Assembly: GCA_040954595.2 (NCBI GenBank)
Contig: CM082581.2
Coordinates: forward strand, 12,845,921 to 12,909,920
Source of the DNA: Balanoglossus misakiensis
Lineage: Eukaryota > Animalia > Hemichordata
DNA: 64,000 nt
Reading direction: 5' to 3'
The notes beneath the pieces are model-generated. The model made no database searches. It was not told the DNA's origin and saw only the letters and a list, made by a program, of their open reading frames with translations. A program made the position numbers and the translations under genes. The number at the start of each line of letters is the position of its first letter. The first letter of the stretch is position 1. Below are positions 1 to 8,989 of this stretch, piece after piece.

Positions 1-1594
1 GTTCTGAAGAGAGTACGCAAAGGAAAGCATATACATGTATATGTATACGCTCAAACTATCTCGACTTTCCCTCATTATCCTTAGAGCAGAATCATCACTG
101 TAAATCTTCCAAACTGCCGTTGCAGATTATTCTGGTTATTGGTAAGAATTCCCGGTGCTCTAAAAACGGCTACAGTATTCTGAATGTATTAAGCAATAAA
201 AAGTTTCACAGGAAGCTTTGGACCCGCATATGTTTTTCCAAACTAGCATGATATTGTTGAGGTCACGAACTAATATTCACTTTATACAGACCATTTTAAA
301 TCTGTTTACATAGGGTGAAAGTCCAATGGGGTAGCATTGTCCACGGCAACAATATCGTCCATGCAATCGCTTATGTATTTTATCCCTTTGATTAAAATCG
401 AGATTCCACTGGAAAATAATACATTTGGCATATTCCTATCACAATGGACCCACTTTTAATCGAAGTTCGATAATCACATTTCCTGTGAAGTGTGGACAGG
501 ACAAAAGAGTCGGCGAGTTACACAGTTGTTGTAATGAAAGCTCTCTCGGGTACAAGTCGGAAATTAGAGTATGGAGTGAAATTTGGAAATATTGCGCGAC
601 TCTTTTAAGCGCCAGAATTGTAAAACTCTCAGCACAGTACATGTAGCCTACACACTCGACATATTAAAAATTTTGTTTTGTTTTGGTCAAACAGTGGCAG
701 AAGTACCTCCTTCTCCCCCAAGGACAACGAATACTAATCGTTTTGTACGCATTTTATCGGTATGCAAATATCCCATCTCGTGTTAAAAACAAACGTTCAG
801 GAAATGTAACATCCAAGTTTAATTTAGAATATCACTTCTGCTGATATCGTAGACAATACGAACGAGTTATGAAATGACGCTTTAATGATAAAAGCTGATT
901 AGTTTTGATTAAAAACTGCCTATCACTATTGGTCTATGCTTCCACATAAAGCTGAGTGCCTCCAATCTTACTGATGGATATCTGTTGACGGCCAACGACA
1001 AATTGAATCTAACTTGCGCATACAATACATTTCTATATGTATATGGAAATAGAGGAACCTATAAACGGTTATGCGTTTCATTTAAACTGGTCCTTAATTT
1101 AATTCTCCAATCAATCTGCACGGTCTTTTATAAAAGTATTGCTGTACGTAGGTTTACTGTACGGTCAGAGCGGATATACCTATGATATGTCAATTTGGAC
1201 TACAGAATATTGGACACTGTTCAGATGTATTACAACTGCATTTGAGACCAGCTGTAAGCTCACAGTCTATGCAAATTTATCCGCAACTACCAAGGAAACC
1301 TTCTATCACAGGTGTGATTCACTCACCGATTCGCACACAGCATCGCAAAGAGCGCGATCTTATGTTCACGTGCTTTTCAATTAAACGAGAGCGACTCAAA
1401 GCAAGATCCAATTATGCCACCTTGCCTCAGGTTGTGTCCACACCTTGTAAACAACTTTGTTTTCGTCCCGCTCCACTTTCTGTCTGTTTGATTTTTGTTC
1501 TCTACAGAACACGTAACAAAACCAGACAGTCTTTTTTACGCTTTTCAAAACTAGTCAAGTTACTTGCCTTTTCATCCAACTGAATGGTAACGAT

Positions 1595-1619
1595 GTTTTT
1601 GTTTTCTGTGGCTCACAGG
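1595..1619 (+). promoter_or_regulatory. Probable 3' splice acceptor opening the coding exon of the H2-like receptor (exon starts 1619)
   Basis: T-rich tract TGTTTTTGTTTTCTGTGGCTCACAG|GA, 220 nt upstream of the ATG at 1839. Confidence 0.6.
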
Positions 1620-1717
1620 ATTCTGTTGGTGAGAGAGTGGAACAGCATCGCTGATTGGTAGGCTGGTGCTGGAAAGACACAGAGGAATTCAATTCTACGT
1701 GCGCAGAAGCCCAGGGT

Positions 1718-1735
1718 ATGGAGGCGGAGTGCTAG
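1718..1735 (+). promoter_or_regulatory. Upstream ORF (MEAEC*) in the receptor 5' leader
   Basis: GGT-ATG-GAG-GCG-GAG-TGC-TAG with G at -3 and G at +4. It is the only ATG between the 1619 acceptor and the main start. Confidence 0.5.
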
Positions 1736-1838
1736 GGCTGTGCATTCCAACGCCGTAGCAGTGTAACTTCGACAGTCTAATCACCAACGCAGAGAACGTG
1801 GGCAGTTTCAACACTCAGCTGGATTCACGGTTATCACC

Positions 1839-2933
1839 ATGGCGAGCAACAACAGCAGCAGCGCGACCACCGCCGCTCCCGATCCGTATGCCGGGGTCTG
1901 GGGCGGACGCTCCGAGGCAGAGATTGCCATCCTCGGTGTTGTACTCTTCGCCATCAGCCTGTGGACCGTCTTCGGAAACATCTTGGTCATCCTGTCCCCG
2001 CTGACGAATCGCAAACTCCGGAACGTCAGCAACTATTTCATCGCATCGCTGGCGGTGGCGGACACGCTCCTCGGCATCAGCGTTCTTCCGTTCAGCGCCT
2101 GGTACGAGCTCAGGCGAGTCTGGGATCTGGGCGTTGACTTCTGTAACTTCTACGTCTCCTCCGACGTGCTGTTCTGCACGGCGTCCATGTTGAGCCTCTT
2201 CGCGATCAGCGTCGACCGCTACCTGGCCGTCACCGACCCGTTCTCTTACCACGAGAAGATGTCGTCGACGAAGGCGCTGATTTTCATCTCAGTGGTGTGG
2301 CTCCTGTCGCTGCTCATCTCCTTCGTGCCGATCTACGTCGGTTGGAACACGGAAGACGGCAGCGTGCAGAACCACGCCAACCCTTACCAGTGCGGGCTGG
2401 AGCACAACGTCACATACAGCCTCGTCGACGGCATACTGCTGTTTTTCCTCCCGCTGGTCGTCATGTGCGTCATTTACATACGAGTGCTTCTGATCGCCAG
2501 AGAACAGGCGCGAAAAATCAACGCCATGAACGTCAACTTGAATCGTGGCGAGCCCGGCAAGAGCCAGAACAGATCCGCAGTCGACGAGCACAAGGCGACG
2601 AAAGTTCTGGCTGTCGTCATGGGATGTTTCGTGATATGCTGGGTGCCCTACTTCATCCAGTTTACGTTCTGCGGCCTGGCCGAGTGCACGGTGTCCTATG
2701 ACGTGTTCTCGGTCCTCCTCTGGCTCGGCTACGTCAACAGTTCCATCAACCCGGTTCTCTACGCTCTCCTCAACAGGGAATACCGGACAGCCTTCAAGCG
2801 CCTGGTCTGCTACTGTTGCACAGACGACGAGGGACGCAAGCGGTTCGAATACTCCTCCAATTCCAGCGGAGTGGCGCGAAAGAAGGGACTCAAAACAATC
2901 TCTGGTGACATTTCCATGGCCGAAAAGACGTAA
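1839..2933 (+). CDS. HRH2: Histamine H2-like class A aminergic GPCR, 364 aa, intronless CDS
   Basis: Seven hydrophobic segments with GN (TM1), SLAVAD (TM2), D3.32 in SDVLFCTAS, DRY, CWVPYF, NPVLY and helix 8 followed by a Cys cluster. H2-typical segments: PIYVGWN (TM4 end), YSLVDG (D5.42), IAREQARKI, EHKAT, LWLGYVNS. Start context ACCATGG. The symbol means H2-like; orthology is not proven. Confidence 0.9.
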   Translation: MASNNSSSATTAAPDPYAGVWGGRSEAEIAILGVVLFAISLWTVFGNILVILSPLTNRKLRNVSNYFIASLAVADTLLGISVLPFSAWYELRRVWDLGVDFCNFYVSSDVLFCTASMLSLFAISVDRYLAVTDPFSYHEKMSSTKALIFISVVWLLSLLISFVPIYVGWNTEDGSVQNHANPYQCGLEHNVTYSLVDGILLFFLPLVVMCVIYIRVLLIAREQARKINAMNVNLNRGEPGKSQNRSAVDEHKATKVLAVVMGCFVICWVPYFIQFTFCGLAECTVSYDVFSVLLWLGYVNSSINPVLYALLNREYRTAFKRLVCYCCTDDEGRKRFEYSSNSSGVARKKGLKTISGDISMAEKT

Positions 2934-3320
2934 ACCAGGAACTCTAAAATCGCGTTTGGCACCGGGTCATCGTCAACATCATGCCAGTGAACAAGATTCC
3001 ATTTCTGGCCACACAGCGTAGCTCACTTTCATTTTTATCAGACGTGCTTGTAATGGAAACATTACAAGTGCACAAAGGGGAAATTTATTGAAACATCGAA
3101 CAAGAAGCAAATAGAGCGATAACCGAAAAAAGTGTGTGATTGGCAAAACTTTTCGACCCGCGCGCAATTGGGATATTTGATGCAACACTGAAATCGAGTA
3201 TGTTCTAACAAAATGACGTAACCATAGAAACGGTGTATAAGTGTACATATAATATGTTTAACTTAAACAGCAGATGTACAGTATTATAATTGTGATATAT
3301 ATTTTTATAAGCCAACAGGC

Positions 3321-3326
3321 AATAAA
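3321..3326 (+). terminator. Candidate polyadenylation signal of the H2-like gene (alternatives at 3834, 4215, 4601)
   Basis: First AATAAA downstream of the stop codon, in an AT-rich 3' region. Confidence 0.4.
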
Positions 3327-4982
3327 CGATATCTTACAGCCAGATGTTTTGTAAATATACATGTAGCAATGTCGTGATGTATATAGTTCAAAGGAGATTG
3401 GTGTCTTCTAACATTACGGTGAAAGTTACAAAACCATAATTACAAATGCGAGTACATATATGTATTATGTCGTGGGCAAATGTAGGTACATAGAACAGTA
3501 AATGAGATTTTAATTAAGTAGTATCACGTTGCGACGTATCATTATATTCCAATTTGTGACAGATAGTTAATTGGGTCTAATATCTCCGACTGGAGTCGGC
3601 TACATGCTTTTTGTTGATTTATCTTTTTTTTAATTGCAAAGTAGTTAGTGACGCGATTTTAATTTCCCTCTTCGCTGAATACAGTGTGGGTGGAACGACG
3701 ACTCACTGATGGCAACATATTTACTTTTATTAAACGTAATATTTTGATCTTTGTTTAAACAATCATGTAAAAGATCGTTCTGAGCACATTTGTTGGATGA
3801 CGAAACTTTACTGAAATGTGAATACTAGCCGCAAATAAACTCTGTCGGATACCGATTTATTTATTTATAAATGTATCGTCTCTTTGTCAACATGTTATGT
3901 TTGGCTGTACGTGTCGTAGCGTGTTTGTTTTCAGAGACTGCGTGTTGTACTTGCAGTGAGAGAAGAACTTTACTCACACAACATTGGTTGAGAACAATGG
4001 TTGAAACGTGGACAGTCTACGAATGACACAATGTGTTGATCGGGAAGCCATATTTTCCGCCTTTCCCAATATATGAAGTTTGGAATGAGTGCGTGTGTGA
4101 ATGTTTTGTGAACAATTGCAATGGTTGGTATGGTAAAGCTTATATTAATTGCAGATGGATTCAAATGCGGTACAGAACTCGAACTTGAACTTTTGAATAG
4201 CGAATGTCACGACCAATAAACGGACATGTAAAATACGACCAGGTGCGCCTTTTCGAGGCACTTGCACCTGGCGCCATTTCCTGTTTTCGACCTAGAAATC
4301 TGCACTCGTTTCTTTCATGGACTGCCCGGTATTGAGTGCGCCCATTATCGGTAAACGTTTTCTTGTTACAATAGATATTTTTTTGTAAAGGAACAGAGAC
4401 TACGACAGAAAGTCAGCTGAAACAGCGAGGTTTGAATGTCCTTTGCGCAAGTGGAAGAAATTTGTGAACTGTAAGTACATGCGTACTAAGTTACATGTAT
4501 ATATGTCCAACATCTACGGAGAAAAGTACATGTACAAGTATTGTCACTGCATAATTTTGAGTTCATAGATTTATTATGAACAATGAATAATAGTTTGAAG
4601 AATAAATGAAATATTTACAAGACAAGTCTGTCACTGACCGCTACTACACGGTTTTTGACTTCCTGATCTGAAAAGCTATTCCTGATCTTACACAATGTAT
4701 TTCACAACACTGAAAACTGATCTTATGGTGGCCAAGAGTTCTTGATGTTCTTTCGTTTTCTTCAAAGAATGGCGTGGCGGGCGCCATTTCAAACACAAGG
4801 GTGCACAATGAATGCAGGTGATGGGCTCTGGCGAATATTCATACTCACACACAATGCCACGTTAATATGAAACAGATTTAATCGTTCCACAACAACGGAA
4901 CGTTTGGAAAATACTGAGTCATTGTAGATTGTTTTTATTCAGTAGATTGATAGTGGTCCACGCAGTGTGACCTCCACTCTAC

Positions 4983-5545
4983 CCGACCCCTATTACCCAC
5001 CACCCTCCCACGCCAACAACCCTCCCTCCCTCCCAACCACCTATCCACCCACTGGCCGAAATATCTGCAATTAACTTACATGTCTGTTGCAGGCAGAGCT
5101 GACCAAGCCAGGATACCAAGACAGTGCCAGAGGTTTGCAAATCCCCCCCACCCGAGAATTTTATTCATCCGACCCCTATTACCCACCACCCTCCCACGCC
5201 AACAACCCTCCCTCCCTCCCAACCACCTATCCACCCACTGGCCGAAATATCTGCAATTAACTTACATGTCTGTTGCAGGCAGAGCTGACCAAGCCAGGAT
5301 ACCAAGACAGTGCCAGAGGTTTGCAGATCCCCCCCCCCCCAACCCGAGAATTTTATTCATCCGACCCCTATTACCCACCACCCTCCCCCGCCAACACCCC
5401 CCCCCTCCTCCCTCCCTGCAATTAACTTACATGTCTGTTGCAGGCAGAGCTGACCAAGCCAGGATACCAAGACAGTGCCAGAGGTTTGCAGATCCCCCCC
5501 CCCCCAACCCGAGAATTTTATTCATCCGACCCCTATTACCCATCA
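4983..5545. repeat. Tandem repeat of 3 full units (186, 192, 165 bp) plus a partial fourth; C-rich on +, G-rich on -
   Basis: CCGACCCCTATTACCC recurs at 4983, 5169, 5361 and 5526. The core CTGCAATTAACTTACATGTCTGTTGCAGGCAGAGCTGACCAAGCCAGGATACCAAGACAGTGCCAGAGGTTTGCA is present three times. Confidence 0.95.
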
Positions 5546-5932
5546 TTCATCCATCCCCACAACCCTCTACCAAACCACTCCCCAGTCCACCCACTCACCC
5601 GGCCACCCTACCCACATACCTTTCCCAAACTGGCCAAAACAACCCATTAAGTTTACCCAACCATTCCATCCACACCACCCTACTTTCACAAACTTGGTAC
5701 GATCCGAGTGAGCCCATCACCTACATTCTTAGCAAAACCGTGTGCAAATTGAATGTTTTGTAGATGTTATGAAAACGATGTTTTTTGTTAGGCCACTTGA
5801 AATTCTTCAGGTGCTTTTCTTCTCACGTGATCAGTTATCTGACCGCGTCGTATTGGTCGTGTGACGCTTGGAAAATCCCCCAATCCCCCATATAATATAT
5901 ATGCCCCAACCCCACACGGGATAATCAACCCG

Positions 5933-6450
5933 TTATCCCGATTGCTTGTTTCCATGGTTGCCTCTTGCCTTTCTGGACCTGGCCCGTTTGACCTTCTTGG
6001 TCACCTGACAGTCTCCACCATTGACTGTGTCGTCTGAAGACTTGGCAGAAGCGGCTGTGCCGGGGACGAAATTGTCCTCATCGAGGTATCTTCGGCTGCT
6101 CAACTCACCGTCCACCTCGGCGACGAAGGGAAACCGGGGCATTGGTGTGTCCTGTCTGTAAAATGGAGTGCGCTCAGTCAGTCTGGACCTCTCCTCGATT
6201 GACGGCAACATGCCGGAGCGCATATCTCGCTCGGCGTTACCTCCGAAGCGGACGTGTGACTTACGTGACTTTCTCGGTTTTTCAGCCTTTGATTGACGAG
6301 GCTGGACCAAGTGGCTCTCCGAGGTCGGGTGCTGGTCCATACCCGTTTGCTTTTCGCCAAGAACAAGCGAAGTAGATGATGCTGGAAGCATCTTTGCACC
6401 GAACTTCTCAGTAGCACGTGTACGGGCAGTATCAACGTTCCACCAGTCAC
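5933..6450 (-). CDS. Terminal coding exon 7 (DWWNVD...KSHVRF...MLPSIEE...RQDTPMP...KKVKRARSRKARGNHGNKQSG*)
   Basis: CTTTCATTTCAG|GT acceptor; open frame to TAA at 5935-5933; GC-richer than the flanks. Confidence 0.85.
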
Positions 6451-8456
6451 CTGAAATGAAAGCCATAAGTAGTACGACCTATTAAACATCGAACCATTTT
6501 CCTTCTATAGAAGTGTTACCAGTTGCACCGCTGGCAGGATACAAGCAAGAATACTTATCTCGAATCATGTGACGCCGTGCCGTCATCACCATCTTAGAAA
6601 GAAATATAATTATATGTTTTAGTTTCAACGGAATGCTTACCATTCTGACTGTTTACTTTGCGTGGAGTCAACGGGGTCGGTGGTCGTCCATTGCGAGTAA
6701 TGTCGACTTCCTGAAAGAGTTGACGACGACGAGCAAGGATTGATGGAAGATGGAGTTGCTCTCCGTTGGGGGCGCTTGGTTGTACAGCTGGCCCGGCCAT
6801 GTTGTCTGCGCTGGTAACACCATGTGATCGTCCAGCCCCTGGTAGGGAGTTAAAGGAATTGTTATATACCACGTGGAAGTCTCAGTCGACGTAATGAAGT
6901 ACTTCTGATGGTATTCAAGATTTTCAAAAAAGTCACTTGGACTGTGGATCAAAACATCGTGTCTCTTGAGTAATAACCAATACATACCGTGGGCAATATT
7001 TGGAAGCTTTGCGGGTGCCTTTGGTGGCAATCCAATTGGAAAATCACCCTTCGCGTCTGCAGAATAAAACATGGAAAATTATGTATACCTTCGGTTGCAA
7101 AGTATCTATAAGTGATATGTTCAAAGTCAGTAAGAGTAACGATGTATTGACGAACTTTTCATGAGAAACATCCGATCTTGGCTGTTTTCATTTAAATTTT
7201 GTGCACTACATCGACCGAGTTAGCAAATACCTTTGGTGTCGACAGCTTCAGAGGATGTAGAAGTTGCGGCGCCTTGCGATCCAGGAGCTGGTACCAAGTT
7301 CAGCAGCTCGTCGGCAGTCTTCGACAGGTCCACTGGTGTTCGACGGGAACGAGCGGTGCGGCGCTTTGGAGATTTGACCTGTGATGGTGCGGTGGTTGCA
7401 TCACCATCAATGATGGACGGCAGTACGTCACCTGAATTCAGGAGGGGGGGGAAGCAAAATTACTTTTGTAGAAGTACAAAGGAAACAAACAAATAAGAAA
7501 ACGGTGCGATTCGTGCGGTCTTCGAAGTACACAGGTAGGTACAGATAACGAACTATATCTCGCAGAGGTAAATCGTGAAGCACACTGTATCAGACAGATA
7601 CCTTTGCTGGTGACAGCCTTCAGGTCCTTGGCAGCGATTGGCTCGTCGGAAATAATATGTTTTCTGACATCTGTCGATCCGAGGGCTGGTAGTTTGAACA
7701 ACTCGGCTGTCTTCGACAAATCCACATTCTTGGATCGGCGCCTTGGAGGACTGACTACCGACGGAGCAGCAACAGACTCGCCGTCAAAAATGGATGGTAG
7801 AACGTTACCTGAAACACCAAATTATGTCATGAGTGGTCCTGCCAACCTGGACATCAATGTGATTGTGAAGTTACTAACTGATAATATAAAACTAAAAACT
7901 GTTTTATTCAAGAGATAAATATACTGAAACAGGTACAACACCGTGGAAGGTGCAGGGTTGACAAATACCTTTGCTAGTAGCAGTCACAGGGTCCTTCACA
8001 AGGTCGCCCTCTGGTGATCCCGGTAGTTTGAACATATCGTTGGCTGTCTTCGACAAATTCACCGGTGACTGACGGGAACGATTAGAGCGACGCTTTGGAG
8101 ATTTGACCCGTGACGGGGCAGACGTAGCCTCGCCATCAACGATGGGCGGCAGTACATCACCTGAAGAAGAACCAGTGTTACTAGGAAAGTTCACATTAGG
8201 CCTAACGGTACATTACACCCAAAATTAGCGATTACATGTAAATACGAAATTAATTGAAAATATTGTTCAGTATGATATTACAGCTTCTTAAACAGAAAAA
8301 CTTACTTCTAATAGTCCGAGGAGCAGTTCCGACGACGGAAGAAACAACAGTTTCGGATTGAGTTTTGTCGTCGTCAGTTTCATCCGAGCGAACTTTCTCG
8401 AAGTTGCTCATTTGACGTCGTCGTAATAAACGGTTATTACGATCCGAGGAAGACAT
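5933..8456 (-). CDS. Uncharacterised 511-aa low-complexity (probably disordered) protein with three internal ~65-aa repeats; 7 coding exons: 8456-8306, 8160-7969, 7808-7602, 7431-7231, 7056-6988, 6838-6641, 6450-5933
   Basis: Every junction is canonical GT-AG with a pyrimidine-rich acceptor. Exon lengths 151+192+207+201+69+198+518 = 1536 nt join into one open frame from ATG 8456 to TAA 5933. All six introns (145, 160, 170, 174, 149, 190 nt) are phase 1. Three exons are clear paralogues at protein level. Confidence 0.85.
6641..6838 (-). CDS. Coding exon 6 (AGRSHG...LHLPSILARRRQLF...PTPLTPRKVNSQN)
   Basis: TTTAACTCCCTACCAG|GG ... AATG|GTAAGC; 198 nt, phase 1-1. Confidence 0.85.
6988..7056 (-). 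CDS. Coding exon 5 (AKGDFPIGLPPKAPAKLPNIAH)
   Basis: TTTTATTCTGCAG|AC ... CACG|GTATGT; 69 nt, phase 1-1. Confidence 0.8.
7231..7431 (-). CDS. Coding exon 4 = repeat copy 3 (DVLPSIIDGD...KSPKRR...VDLSKTA...DTK)
   Basis: CCCTCCTGAATTCAG|GT ... AAAG|GTATTT; 201 nt, phase 1-1. Absent from the supplied ORF track. Confidence 0.85.
7602..7808 (-). CDS. Coding exon 3 = repeat copy 2 (NVLPSIFDGE...VSPPRRR...VDLSKTA...FKLP...TSK)
   Basis: GTGTTTCAG|GT ... AAAG|GTATCT; 207 nt, phase 1-1. Confidence 0.85.
7969..8160 (-). CDS. Coding exon 2 = repeat copy 1 (DVLPPIVDGE...KSPKRR...VNLSKTA...FKLP...TSK)
   Basis: TTCTTCTTCAG|GT ... AAAG|GTATTT; 192 nt, phase 1-1. Confidence 0.85.
8306..8456 (-). CDS. Coding exon 1 of the minus-strand gene (MSSSDRNNRLLRRRQ...GTAPRTIR)
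   Basis: Acceptor CTCCCTCTTAAG|CT-ATG (exon starts 8458); donor GAA|GTAAGT. Confidence 0.8.
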
Positions 8457-8760
8457 AGCTTAAGAGGGAGGGGGAGAAAGAGAGAGATAAGTTCCTTGAC
8501 AACGGAAAACCGCAACTTATTTATCATTGTAGATACAGGCAAAATAATATGTTGAGACAATAAAAATTTGGTGTAACTTGTCGGTGTTGTACAATTTTAA
8601 ACAAAATTGACACTGTTTGCATTTTTTTCACAAATCGCAAAAAAATTCTACCGCTATGTGTTTCCATACGAGCCATAGCAACGAAACAAACCACAGTGCG
8701 CACCGTCAAATGTACATGCATACATAAACGAGAAAAAAAGGATCGAAAAATATACATAAA

Positions 8761-8900
8761 CTTACTAGAACTTACCGAAAGTGGTAAACGATGACTGTTA
8801 TCGATGATTTGAGAAAAGACGGGTGAAATATCACTTCTTGAGTTCGAATTTTCTTGCGAAAAAGTCGGAACTTGAGCCTGCAGCGTACTGCGACTACAAT
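8761..8900 (-). other. Probable non-coding first exon of the minus-strand gene, with two tandem donors (exon end 8776 or 8766); 5' end approximate
   Basis: Minus strand reads TTTCG|GTAAGT-TCTA|GTAAGT. Splicing 8776 to 8458 places an in-frame TAA upstream of ATG 8456, which supports that start. Confidence 0.55.
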
Positions 8901-8981
8901 AGCTGGAACCAGGCTGACGCGCACACCGGAGCGCAACACTGTCGGCAACAATCGCGTTCGAATTTCGAAGTTTTCGCACTT

Positions 8982-8989
8982 TGACGTCA
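8982..8989. promoter_or_regulatory. Full CRE/ATF palindrome in the presumed promoter of the minus-strand gene
   Basis: TGACGTCA about 200 bp upstream of the first donor, in a CpG-rich stretch. Confidence 0.45.

Noticed and set aside
1808-2701. Overlapping and antisense ORFs of 68-145 aa over the H2-like gene
   Set aside because: Shadow ORFs caused by the high GC3 of the real CDS; no independent motifs.
5080-5763. 227-aa Pro-rich ORF as a protein-coding gene
   Set aside because: It is a translation of the C-rich tandem repeat with no domain features; kept only as a note on frame preservation.
6050-6700. Minus-strand protein as a DARPP-32/inhibitor-1 homologue (RPPTP, HVRF) next to a dopamine receptor
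   Set aside because: Motif order and spacing do not match KKIQF...RRRPTP near the N-terminus; the resemblance is only at short-motif level.
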